Made by a program: the position numbers and the translations under genes
The notes under the pieces: model-generated
Told to the model about the DNA's origin: nothing
Databases searched by the model: none
What the model saw: only the letters and a program-made list of their open reading frames with translations
Virus record (IMG/VR): IMGVR_UViG_2061766007_003022
Source of the DNA: an uncultured virus (IMG/VR IMGVR_UViG_2061766007_003022)
Taxonomy: Duplodnaviria > Heunggongvirae > Uroviricota > Caudoviricetes
DNA length: 63,895 nt
Direction: 5' to 3' (one strand)
Shown here: one piece after another, positions 20,193 through 29,519 of the stretch
How positions within the stretch are numbered: position 1 is the stretch's first letter
Layout: every line of letters begins with the position of its first letter

Positions 20193-22126
20193 TATCTCTT
20201 CCTCTTCTGTAGGAATGCATTCAGTTCGGATTCAGTCATTGAGACGAAACGTGAAATCTTCTCTATCGCAAGGTTCATCTCCGGGGTCCCCGGGCACACC
20301 TCAAACTCGGCACTCGCCCAGCAGTCTACCGGTATCTGCATCATCGGTATGCCGAGCCTGCGCATTATTGCGGATNNNNNNNNNNNNNNNNNNNNNNNNN
20401 NNNNNNNNNNNNNNNNNNNNNNNNNNNNNNNNNNNNNNNNNNNNNNNNNNNNNNNNNNNNNNNNNNNNNNNNNNNNNNNNNNNNNNNNNNNNNNNNNNNC
20501 GACCTTCCGGCTCTCCCCGGTCAACTCGCTGTACACCCCGTAACTCCCGTAGGACGCCGTGCATGCATCCCACGAGCCATCCGGAAGTATGTAGCCGTAT
20601 CCNNNNNNNNNNNNNNNNNNNNNNNNNNNNNNNNNNNNNNNNNNNNNNGCGAGCTTGCTGTGGAACATCGGGTCAGTAATCATCGAGGTTGACGACACGA
20701 TGATTACCCAAGCCGGCAGTTTCTCGAAGTTATAGCTGTTGTATATTTTGAGGGCATTGAGTATCGCCCTGGCAAATACCGGCAATATCTGCCGTCTGCC
20801 TATTGTCTTGCCCGAGTTTGCCCTGAAGATACGCTCGTCCTTGGTATGTGGATACTCCTTGTACCTCCCGACCTTTCCGTCGGAAGTAATCAGGAACGTC
20901 ACAATCTGCCTGTCGGTGGCATAGCGCAGGAAGTCGTTCCTTGTAGGAATCATCGGCTGGTTGGCCGCTCCGGTGNNNNNNNNNNNNNNNNNNNNCATCT
21001 TCTCGCGCAGGTCGGCCATCTTCTTCTTCCGCTTGTCGGCCTTCTCGTTGAGGGCCATCCGGATTGCCTCCTCCATCTGCTCCACAGGGGAGGAGAACGC
21101 CACCGGCGGTGTAGACGTAGCCACCGCGCTCATGTACTTCCTGGTTATTCGCCTCAGTGGCTTCTGCTTCTTCCTGAGTTTGAAATCAACCCCCGAGGCA
21201 ATAACCTTCTCCACATCCTCCCTGACCCAGCCCTTGGATGTTACTGACTTTTCGTTTGGCGCAATTATCGTCTTCTTGTCGTGCATGCGTCTGCACGTGC
21301 CCACTATGAACTTCTCTATCCACCTGTCAGTCTTGAAGAACTTGTACTTGATTGCCCTCCTGGTATAATACGGCAGGCCATCGCAGTAGTAGTCCCGGCC
21401 GAGTTCGGCATCACGTATGGCGTCAATCTTTTCCTTCCTGTATATCCAACTCTTCTTGCCGTCAGGAAATGTATGCCACTCCGCGTTGAGCACGTGGGCA
21501 TCGCTGAGCTTCTTGAACTTACGCGGGGAGAACCCGGAATATACCAGTGCAATTTCGGAGTTCATGAACTCTGGCAAGGGTTCCTTCCTGTATACCCTCG
21601 TCTTCCTCCCCTTCAGGTAGCGAAGAACCTCGGCCTTGCTGTACTTGACCCGCTCACCCTTCTTCCGGGGCATCGGAGTAATCTTCTTCTTTTTCTCCAG
21701 GTCCCGCATCGTAGTCATGCGTATTCCCATTATTAGGGCGCACATCGTCCTGCGGAGCGGAACCTTCATATTCTCGGCCAGGTACACCGGGTCCCAGTTG
21801 CGACGGTAGTACTCAAGGTCCTTGCGGTATATCTTGCGGTAATGGTCATAGTCGGATATGTGGGTGCGCAGTTTCCCGCTCTTTATTAGGAGGTTTACTG
21901 CAGCCGGCNNNNNNNNNNNNNNNNNNNNNNNNNNNNNNNNNNNNNNNNNNNNNNNNNNNNNNNNNNNNNNNNNNNNNNNNNNNNNNNNNNNNNNNNNNNN
22001 NNNNNNNNNNNNNNNNNNNNNNNNNNNNNCGGACGGGATGTGCGTAATCCTGGTGATGAAGTTGTAGTCGATGAACTCACGGTCAAGGAACCGGTTCCGG
22101 TATGCCTGCACAAGTACGTTAGCCAT
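20192..22126 (-). CDS. tandem winged-HTH plus glycosyltransferase-like fusion protein (gapped copy)
   Basis: Homologous to 34338..36371; the ORF track wrongly fuses it to primase across Ns. Confidence 0.65.
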   Translation of the reverse strand: MANVLVQAYRNRFLDREFIDYNFITRITHIPSXXXXXXXXXXXXXXXXXXXXXXXXXXXXXXXXXXXXXXXXXPAAVNLLIKSGKLRTHISDYDHYRKIYRKDLEYYRRNWDPVYLAENMKVPLRRTMCALIMGIRMTTMRDLEKKKKITPMPRKKGERVKYSKAEVLRYLKGRKTRVYRKEPLPEFMNSEIALVYSGFSPRKFKKLSDAHVLNAEWHTFPDGKKSWIYRKEKIDAIRDAELGRDYYCDGLPYYTRRAIKYKFFKTDRWIEKFIVGTCRRMHDKKTIIAPNEKSVTSKGWVREDVEKVIASGVDFKLRKKQKPLRRITRKYMSAVATSTPPVAFSSPVEQMEEAIRMALNEKADKRKKKMADLREKMXXXXXXXTGAANQPMIPTRNDFLRYATDRQIVTFLITSDGKVGRYKEYPHTKDERIFRANSGKTIGRRQILPVFARAILNALKIYNSYNFEKLPAWVIIVSSTSMITDPMFHSKLXXXXXXXXXXXXXXXXGYGYILPDGSWDACTASYGSYGVYSELTGESRKVXXXXXXXXXXXXXXXXXXXXXXXXXXXXXXXXXXXXXXXXXXSAIMRRLGIPMMQIPVDCWASAEFEVCPGTPEMNLAIEKISRFVSMTESELNAFLQKRKR

Positions 22127-23297
22127 CAGAACAGCACCTCCGGACGGTTGCTCTGCTNNNNNNNNNNNNNNNNNNNNNNNNNNNNNNNNNNNNNNNNNNN
22201 NNNNNNNNNNNNNNNNNNNNNNNNNNNNNTCCTTCTTCATGTTGCCATACTTCATCGTGAACAGTATGCTGGCACCTTCCGGGTCCCTCGTGCGGCTCTT
22301 CAGGAAGGCCTCGTCGACATATCCATCGGAATTTACCGGGAACTCACCGGCCATTACGGCGCNNNNNNNNNNNNNNNNNNNNNNNNNNNNNNNNNTGTAG
22401 CCCTGGTCACACGTAGTTCCCGCACGCGCCTTGCGTCCTTCCGGGTCGTTGTCCCACAGTACCACAATCTTGTCCTTGTTGGCGGCAAGCTGCGGATTCT
22501 CGGCAATCACCTCGCCGAAGTGCGGGATTCCGCCGATAGCAATCGAGTTCCTGATAAAGGTGGAGTCTATCGTACCCTCGAGAATGTATATGGTCTCGGA
22601 GTAGTTGATGAAGTCAATGTTGTACGCACCGCGCTTGACACCGGTGAAGTTCCGGTAGCGGAGCGGGTTGTTCGGGTCAATGGCACGGGCGTCGAACTGC
22701 CCCCACTTTCCTCCGAACTTGTAGAACGGGATTATTATGCGGTTCCTATAATCGTTTCCCTTCGGACGGCCGTACTCGTCATACTTTATGTTGCCTGCCT
22801 CGTCCCGGTCGTAGAACTGTTCACCCTGACGGCACACGAACCATTCCGAGTAAACCTCCTCCCGGATTCTCCGGGAGCGACACAGCGCAAGGGCAGCCTG
22901 TGCAAGCGGGTCGCTATCGTATATGGACATGAGTTCCCCGTCCTTGAACGGGAGGGTCGCATCCAGCTTCCTCTCCGGTCTCGGCGCAGGAGCCTCCTTC
23001 TTGGGTCCGCGTTCGTTACCGAACGCCATGAACAGGAGCCTCTGGTAGGCCTGCTCGTCATGCTCCTTCAGCCANNNNNNNNNNTCGCTCGCCGCATTTC
23101 CAGCATACATAGAGCCATGTGTCGGTATAGATGTAAGCCTTCTTCTTGTTCGGGAAGTTCATGTCCCCACACTCAGGGTTCGGGCAGACAAAGTTGTAGA
23201 ACCCCGGATGGGAGTCATCCAGGGCATACTGCTCGAACTGCTCGTGTATGAACGAGTCGTACACCGACGCAGGTATGTCGTCGAAACTTATTGCCAT
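22126..23297 (-). CDS. DNA primase (T4 gp61-like)
   Basis: Zn ribbon CPNPECGD...CWKCG, RIIIPF, TOPRIM motifs ILEGTIDS and WDND. Confidence 0.92.
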
Positions 23298-23315
23298 GCT
23301 TTACCCAAATATAGC

Positions 23316-23351
23316 AAAAAAGAAAGGACCGGCAAGTTGATGCCGGCCCTT
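23316..23351 (-). terminator. rho-independent terminator abutting the primase promoter
   Basis: AAGGGCCGGCA-TCAACT-TGCCGGTCCTT-TCTTTTTT on the minus strand. Confidence 0.7.
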
Positions 23352-23395
23352 ATTATTCAGATTTCCATTACATACAAATTANNNNNNNNNNAGAG

Positions 23396-24051
23396 ATGTA
23401 TGCCGTCCAGAGGCATACCACCCAGGAACAGGACATCAGGAAGCGTTACATCGGCCCGAATAACCATCTGGCCGAAATCGATATTGACCCGAGGGCGAGG
23501 TTCCTCCAGCAACACTACGCGAACACAGGCATGCTCAAGCCGGACATGAGCAAGATTAACATCTGCTTCCTCGATATAGAGGTGGAGACTACTGGACGCT
23601 TCCCGATGGCCCACCGCGCCGAATACCCGATTAACTGCGTCACCATCTACTTTTCCGCTACCGACAACTACTTTACCTACGGCGTAGGCCGTGACATTGA
23701 CGACTGGGTCAAGGAGAAGATGGCCAAGGAGAATTGCCAGTACGTGCTGTGCGAATCCGAGGCCGACCTGCTTACCCGCTTGTTTACTGAGATTGGCCGC
23801 AACGACGTAGCCATATTATCCGGTTGGAACTTCTCATACGATACTACGTACATGGTCAACCGGGCCCAGAAGCTCGGCATTGACATCAAACTCATGTCTC
23901 GTCTCCCTGCGCAGTTCAAGAAGGCCTGGGTCAACAACGACGGTGAGCTTCAGATTGCAGGAACCGAGGTCATCGACTTCCTTGCCCTTTACCGCAAGTA
24001 CACCTTCTCCGAGCAGCCTTCCTACAAGCTTGACTACATCGGCGGGATGAT
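23396..24051 (+). CDS. DNA polymerase exonuclease-domain fragment (second copy, inverted)
   Basis: Near-identical to the polymerase region at about 12880..13532. Confidence 0.9.
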
Positions 24052-24061
24052 NNNNNNNNNN

Positions 24062-24417
24062 GGTAGTCATACGATACCAACCACTTATAGAAGCCCGGAA
24101 TGGAATACACGAATGCACCGGGATACTCTTCCTTGGATTGCTGGCGGTAGGCCGGGAACACCATGCCGTTCTTGTGGAGGTGGTTCATCACGAAGCCGAC
24201 CAGCATCTTCTTGGACTCGAACACGAAGGAGAACGGGACNNNNNNNNNNGTTCGGGGTGTAGAAGGTATTGACGATGCGCTTCTGCTCCATCGTCCCGTC
24301 GTCGTACCAGAGGAACAGGTTGTCAGTATCCCTGTCGTGGTAAATCGCCGACCACATTCTGTGCTCGTCGGACTTCTTGTCCGGCGAGGTCAATTCCATA
24401 GTTTCCATAGCAGTCAT
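24062..24417 (-). CDS. DNA polymerase fragments, including the N-terminus
   Basis: YPGAFV...WLVSYDY (motif A lead-in) and N-terminal METMELTS...FYTPN behind the TTTGCTATATTT motif at 24422. Confidence 0.75.
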
Positions 24418-24495
24418 TGGGAAATATAGCAAAAATGCCCACCATGTGGTAGGCATTTTATTTAAATAATCGGGTCAGCGAACTCGTGTGGTTAA

Positions 24496-25269
24496 CTAAC
24501 CTTCACTGGTGTCCTCCAAACCTTCATTGAATTCCGCCAATGCCTGAGAGATTACTTCCTTACCCGCTGAAACCGCCTCTGGATGAGACTTAGTAATCGA
24601 CAGAACATCACCATACATTTCATCAAACGATAAACCAAGTTCATCGTACTTTTCACCCAATCCGTCGCTCATCCACTTAGCAAATGCCGGGCTTCTACTA
24701 TCTAGCAAGCCAACCGCTGCATATTCAGCATCACTCAATTCATGAGCACCATCGGCTGAGTCAATGATACGTTCGATTACAGCCGTGAGAAGGCTCGACT
24801 TATTTGATGCATTGTACATGGACTCCAGTTTCGGCTTGACCTTGCCATCGCCTGGCTCGCCGATGTGCTTGGAAATCTGGTCGAACTTCTTCAGGACCTT
24901 CTCGGCAGCTTCCTTGGATTCCTTGTCAACTCCCAGTGACTTCACGAAGTCCCTGAACATGTCAATCTTGCGCTGCTTCTTGCTTTCCTCGGAGAACTTC
25001 TTGTTGGAGTCGGCCTTGGAACGCTGGGCGGAGGCGGTGGACTTGGCCTTCGAGTCGAACGCACCGGTCTTTGCCTTGGGTTCTCCCTTGGCCTCGTGGG
25101 AGGCGTCCTCGGTAACGAGCTTGGTGACCTGCTTGTCTTCCTTCTTCTCGGTGACCGTATCGTTCTCGGTGACTGGCTTCTCGGAACCCTTGGTGGCCAC
25201 GGCGGTTCCCTTGGTATTCACGTCGGTCACCTTGGGAGCCTTCTTGGACTGCTTGGCGAGGTCCGGGTT
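24496..25269 (-). CDS. Lys/Glu-rich late protein, C-terminal variant B
   Basis: Shares KTGAFDSKAK...GEPGDGKVKPK with 13788..14422; unrelated 107-aa tail after KLES. Confidence 0.75.
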   Translation of the reverse strand, partial: NPDLAKQSKKAPKVTDVNTKGTAVATKGSEKPVTENDTVTEKKEDKQVTKLVTEDASHEAKGEPKAKTGAFDSKAKSTASAQRSKADSNKKFSEESKKQRKIDMFRDFVKSLGVDKESKEAAEKVLKKFDQISKHIGEPGDGKVKPKLESMYNASNKSSLLTAVIERIIDSADGAHELSDAEYAAVGLLDSRSPAFAKWMSDGLGEKYDELGLSFDEMYGDVLSITKSHPEAVSAGKEVISQALAEFNEGLEDTSEG

Positions 25270-25797
25270 NNNNNNNNNNNNNNNNNNNNNNNNNNNNNNN
25301 NNNNNNNNNNNNNNNNNNNNNNNNNNNNNNNNNNNNNNNNNNNNNNNNNNNNNNNNNNNNNNNNNNNNNNNNNNNNNNNNNNNNNNNNNNNNNNNNNNNN
25401 NNNNNNNNNNNNNNNNNNNNNNNNNNNNNNNNNNNNNNNNNNNNNNNNNNNNNNNNNNNNNNNNNNNNNNNNNNNNNNNNNNNNNNNNNNNNNNNNNNNN
25501 NNNNNNNNNNNNNNNNNNNNNNNNNNNNNNNNNNNNNNNNNNNNNNNNNNNNNNNNNNNNNNNNNNNNNNNNNNNNNNNNNNNNNNNNNNNNNNNNNNNN
25601 NNNNNNNNNNNNNNNNNNNNNNNNNNNNNNNNNNNNNNNNNNNNNNNNNNNNNNNNNNNNNNNNNNNNNNNNNNNNNNNNNNNNNNNNNNNNNNNNNNNN
25701 NNNNNNNNNNNNNNNNNNNNNNNNNNNNNNNNNNNNNNNNNNNNNNNNNNNNNNNNNNNNNNNNNNNNNNNNNNNNNNNNNNNNNNNNNNNNNNNNC

Positions 25798-26346
25798 AGT
25801 TCCACCACGCTGTTCTCTCGCGAGCGCATGATGGACATGGTTAAACTGATGCTGAAGACCATGGACAAGGGCGTAGTGCGCGAGAGACTTCTGGAAATCA
25901 AGCGCGAGTTCTTCCAGGCGGTCAAGGACGGCAAGTACTCCTACATCTCCATGCCTTCCGGCATGAAGGAGGAGCCCGTACCGTATGCGATACAGTGCCA
26001 CCTGCCGAAGGATGAACTCTCCAAGCTGGACTGGCGCCGCAGGGCGGCATCCGTGTGGAACTACCTTATCGAGTTCGACCCTATCTTGTCCAAGGAGCCT
26101 TACGAGCCAATCGTTGCCGGTGAGAAGATGAAGTTCATCAAGAAGGCGGACGACGACTACGGCGTATCGATTATATGCTACACCGGAGAGGAGTGTCCGC
26201 AGCGTCTCATTGACATGTTCCATATCGACTGGGACCAGCAGTGGAAGGTTTCCGTGGCCCAGATTCTGGGAAGACTGTTCGGTGCCGTGGGGTGGCCGGA
26301 AGAATTGGAATATGACGAGACCGACGCGATGCTCGAACTGATTTAG
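25798..26346 (+). CDS. DNA polymerase C-terminal fragment (second copy)
   Basis: Matches 9914..10462 and ends DAMLELI. Confidence 0.9.
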   Translation, partial: SSTTLFSRERMMDMVKLMLKTMDKGVVRERLLEIKREFFQAVKDGKYSYISMPSGMKEEPVPYAIQCHLPKDELSKLDWRRRAASVWNYLIEFDPILSKEPYEPIVAGEKMKFIKKADDDYGVSIICYTGEECPQRLIDMFHIDWDQQWKVSVAQILGRLFGAVGWPEELEYDETDAMLELI

Positions 26347-26354
26347 GAGATGCT

Positions 26355-27359
26355 ATGGCTGAATTCAAGGTAGAAGTGCTGAAGTACCCGACTGAGGAAG
26401 ACTGGCAGTGGGTAAAGAAGCTTGCAATGAATACTATGGGGAAGACTTATCTGATGGACAAGGATATGTCCATCGAGCTCAAGAAGAAGTACCTGACTTC
26501 GGAGCATTCGCCCATCCGCTATCTGCGATTCATCATCAGGATGGAAATCCCTTACTGCAACTCGGTGCATTTCGTCCGTCACAAGCTCGGAGTGGAGCAC
26601 TTCGTGCAGTCACAACGTAATGACCGGCAGGAAAACTATGACAGGAAGAAGGCTCCACAGGATTCCCCGGTGTCGCACATGATGGTGGTCAATGCACAGG
26701 AACTGATGTTCATGGCGAGAAGGCGTCTGTGTGGAAAGGCCGACATAGATACTCAGAAGATTATGCGTGCAATCGTACGGGAAGTACTGAAGACCAACCC
26801 TGAATTCAAGGATGTATTAGTTCCGAACTGCCAGTACCTCCACGGATGCCCTGAATTCGTATCATGTGGCCGGTGGATTAAACCTGACAGTCAGCTAGAT
26901 GGAGTTATTGACTTACGTGGGATGTATAAGCCCACCTGCTTTGCTCGACTGGATGCTTACGATATTTCCCGGATAGAAGACAAGGTAAAGGAAGCTACCG
27001 ACGTGACCAATCTTAAAACTTTTGGTCCGGATGCAACATGGGGCCACCGGGCAACATGCATGCTGGAATGCTTCCTGGATATCTCCCGGTGGCTAAATGC
27101 GGACTCCGACGTGGAGATACTGGACTCCGACGTGACGCTCCAGGGCCCGAACAATACCCAACTGTACATAACGGCCACCTGCATGAACAACAAAAAGACC
27201 GTTAATATGGAAGTGGCTAGCCTTAGCCTGCTGAACGACAAGGATAACGGTGGAGTCAATTGGATTATCAATTCCGACCTGACATTCTTTACTGCGGAGA
27301 ATTGTGTCAAGCTGATGAGGCGATTCCTGGAGTCCTTGCCATGGAGGCCGTTGAAGTAG
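26355..27359 (+). CDS. thyX: divergent ThyX-like protein with C-terminal extension
   Basis: EHSPIR, HFVRHKLG...VQSQR, NAQELMFMARRRLC, LVPNCQYLHGCPEFVSCG; about 160 extra C-terminal residues. Confidence 0.7.
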   Translation: MAEFKVEVLKYPTEEDWQWVKKLAMNTMGKTYLMDKDMSIELKKKYLTSEHSPIRYLRFIIRMEIPYCNSVHFVRHKLGVEHFVQSQRNDRQENYDRKKAPQDSPVSHMMVVNAQELMFMARRRLCGKADIDTQKIMRAIVREVLKTNPEFKDVLVPNCQYLHGCPEFVSCGRWIKPDSQLDGVIDLRGMYKPTCFARLDAYDISRIEDKVKEATDVTNLKTFGPDATWGHRATCMLECFLDISRWLNADSDVEILDSDVTLQGPNNTQLYITATCMNNKKTVNMEVASLSLLNDKDNGGVNWIINSDLTFFTAENCVKLMRRFLESLPWRPLK

Positions 27360-28305
27360 CCGGCCACGGCAGCNNNNNNNNNNNNNNNNNNNNNNNNNNN
27401 NNNNNNNNNNNNNNNNNNNNNNNNNNNNNNNNNNNNNNNNNNNNNNNNNNNNNNNNNNNNNNNNNNNNNNNNNNNNNNNNNNNNNNNNNNNNNNNNNNNN
27501 NNNNNNNNNNNNNNNNNNNNNNNNNNNNNNNNNNNNNNNNNNNNNNNNNNNNNNNNNNNNNNNNNNNNNNNNNNNNNNNNNNNNNNNNNNNNNNNNNNNN
27601 NNNNNNNNNNNNNNNNNNNNNNNNNNNNNNNNNNNNNNNNNNNNNNNNNNNNNNNNNNNNNNNNNNNNNNNNNNNNNNNNNNNNNNNNNNNNNNNNNNNN
27701 NNNNNNNNNNNNNNNNNNNNNNNNNNNNNNNNNNNNNNNNNNNNNNNNNNNNNNNNNNNNNNNNNNNNNNNNNNNNNNNNNNNNNNNNNNNNNNNNNNNN
27801 NNNNNNNNNNNNNNNNNNNNNNNNNNNNNNNNNNNNNNNNNNNNNNNNNNNNNNNNNNNNNNNNNNNNNNNNNNNNNNNNNNNNNNNNNNNNNNNNNNNN
27901 NNNNNNNNNNNNNNNNNNNNNNNNNNNNNNNNNNNNNNNNNNNNNNNNNNNNNNNNNNNNNNNNNNNNNNNNNNNNNNNNNNNNNNNNNNNNNNNNNNNN
28001 NNNNNNNNNNNNNNNNNNNNNNNNNNNNNNNNNNNNNNNNNNNNNNNNNNNNNNNNNNNNNNNNNNNNNNNNNNNNNNNNNNNNNNNNNNNNNNNNNNNN
28101 NNNNNNNNNNNNNNNNNNNNNNNNNNNNNNNNNNNNNNNNNNNNNNNNNNNNNNNNNNNNNNNNNNNNNNNNNNNNNNNNNNNNNNNNNNNNNNNNNNNN
28201 NNNNNNNNNNNNNNNNNNNNNNNNNNNNNNNNNNNNNNNNNNNNNNNNNNNNNNNNNNNNNNNNNNNNNNNNNNNNNNNNNNNNNNNNNNNNNNNNNNNN
28301 NNNNT

Positions 28306-28597
28306 ATCGGGCATCCGAACATAGTCACCGAGGAACTGATTTCCAATATCTACCGGTTGACTGTCTCGATGGACCCGAGGAGACTCCGCTACTACCTGTC
28401 GGCCAACGCGCACGATTTCAGGGGTGTCTACATCCCGTTCGGGAAGTACTTCATGGAACGAATCCCGGTACCTGCCGGGGGAACCGTGGACTACATGTAC
28501 ATCAAGTTCGCCTCTATGCTCGGCAAGGCGTACAGGGCCAGTCTCTCCCAGGTGAACCAGGAGGTTTCCCTGATGGAGTTCCTGTGCGATGTCATGG
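28306..28597 (+). CDS. clamp loader large subunit fragment (second copy, inverted)
   Basis: Identical peptide to about 7527..7817. Confidence 0.85.
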
Positions 28598-28608
28598 ANN
28601 NNNNNNNN

Positions 28609-28740
28609 GAAACAGGCGGATTCTACAATCGGCTTCGGGTTCTTGACCTCGTTGTACGGACGCTGTTGTTCGATAGGCTGGTTAGCGATAGTCTCGAACA
28701 TCGCGAGCATCTTGTCTTCTTCTTCAATGGAGTATGCCAT
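28609..28740 (-). CDS. probable N-terminus of the Lys/Glu-rich late protein
   Basis: MAYSIEEEDKMLAMFET...PIVESA behind ATAAACT at 28776-28782; upstream DNA is syntenic with 14550..14590. Confidence 0.55.
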
Positions 28741-28868
28741 CTTGATACCATCCGGTAAAAGGTTATTTGTCGGAAAGTTTATACTGTGGCCGCTAAAAAA
28801 TCGAATTTACGGTTGCATTTCTTGCATAAATCATAAACTACTGGTTGTCAACCTCAAGGACCGTCACA

Positions 28869-29519
28869 ATGGACCTGAACATACCGAAATCATCCACGGT
28901 GAGCCACGAGCTCCCTATATTTACCGAGCTCAGCCGGGATTCCGGCATCCCAGTCAGCGAAATCAAGGCACGCTTCCGCAACGAGATGCTCGAGAAGCAC
29001 AAGGAAGCCATGGACGACCCCTCCAAGCAGGTACTGGGAGGGAACGAACAGGATATGGTCCACGACGCGGTCAACTCCCTCCGTCAGAAGCTCGAGCACC
29101 CCGAAGAGCAAACCGACGACGATAGCGAATACGACGACATCATGGGGTTCGACCCAAACAAGCCCGCTCCCGGTGCAGACATGTTCTCCGCCTCAGATGA
29201 TTTCGGAGGGGATGGTTTCGGAGGTGGAGACTTCGGAGGTGGAGACTTCGGAGGCGGCGGTTTCGGAGGCGGCGGCGGATTCGGCGGAGGCATAGACAAC
29301 ATGGACCTCGGCTTCTCCGACGAGGGAATGGCATCCTTTGACCAGGTGGCTGACGACTTCAGTGACTTCGGTTCAGAGGCCGACGGGGACAGCGTGAACG
29401 CGATGTCAGAGATTGAACCAGGCGGCGGGGATACGGAAACGGAACCGCTCGACCTGGGCGGTTCCGATGAAGGTGGTTCGGAAGACCTCGGCGGAGGCGA
29501 CGACCTGGCCGAACTCTAG
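28869..29519 (+). CDS. acidic Gly/Phe-rich hypothetical protein (second copy)
   Basis: ATAAACT at 28833; FGGG repeats. Confidence 0.8.
   Translation: MDLNIPKSSTVSHELPIFTELSRDSGIPVSEIKARFRNEMLEKHKEAMDDPSKQVLGGNEQDMVHDAVNSLRQKLEHPEEQTDDDSEYDDIMGFDPNKPAPGADMFSASDDFGGDGFGGGDFGGGDFGGGGFGGGGGFGGGIDNMDLGFSDEGMASFDQVADDFSDFGSEADGDSVNAMSEIEPGGGDTETEPLDLGGSDEGGSEDLGGGDDLAEL
29200..29291 (+). repeat. coding tandem repeat TTCGGAGG(N)7, encoding (D/G)FGGG
   Basis: About six units with roughly 15-nt period. Confidence 0.8.

Noticed and set aside
29200..29291. Short tandem repeats as a CRISPR array (also 55730..55800 and the terminal CAG run)
   Set aside because: In-frame coding low-complexity repeats without unique spacers; no cas genes seen
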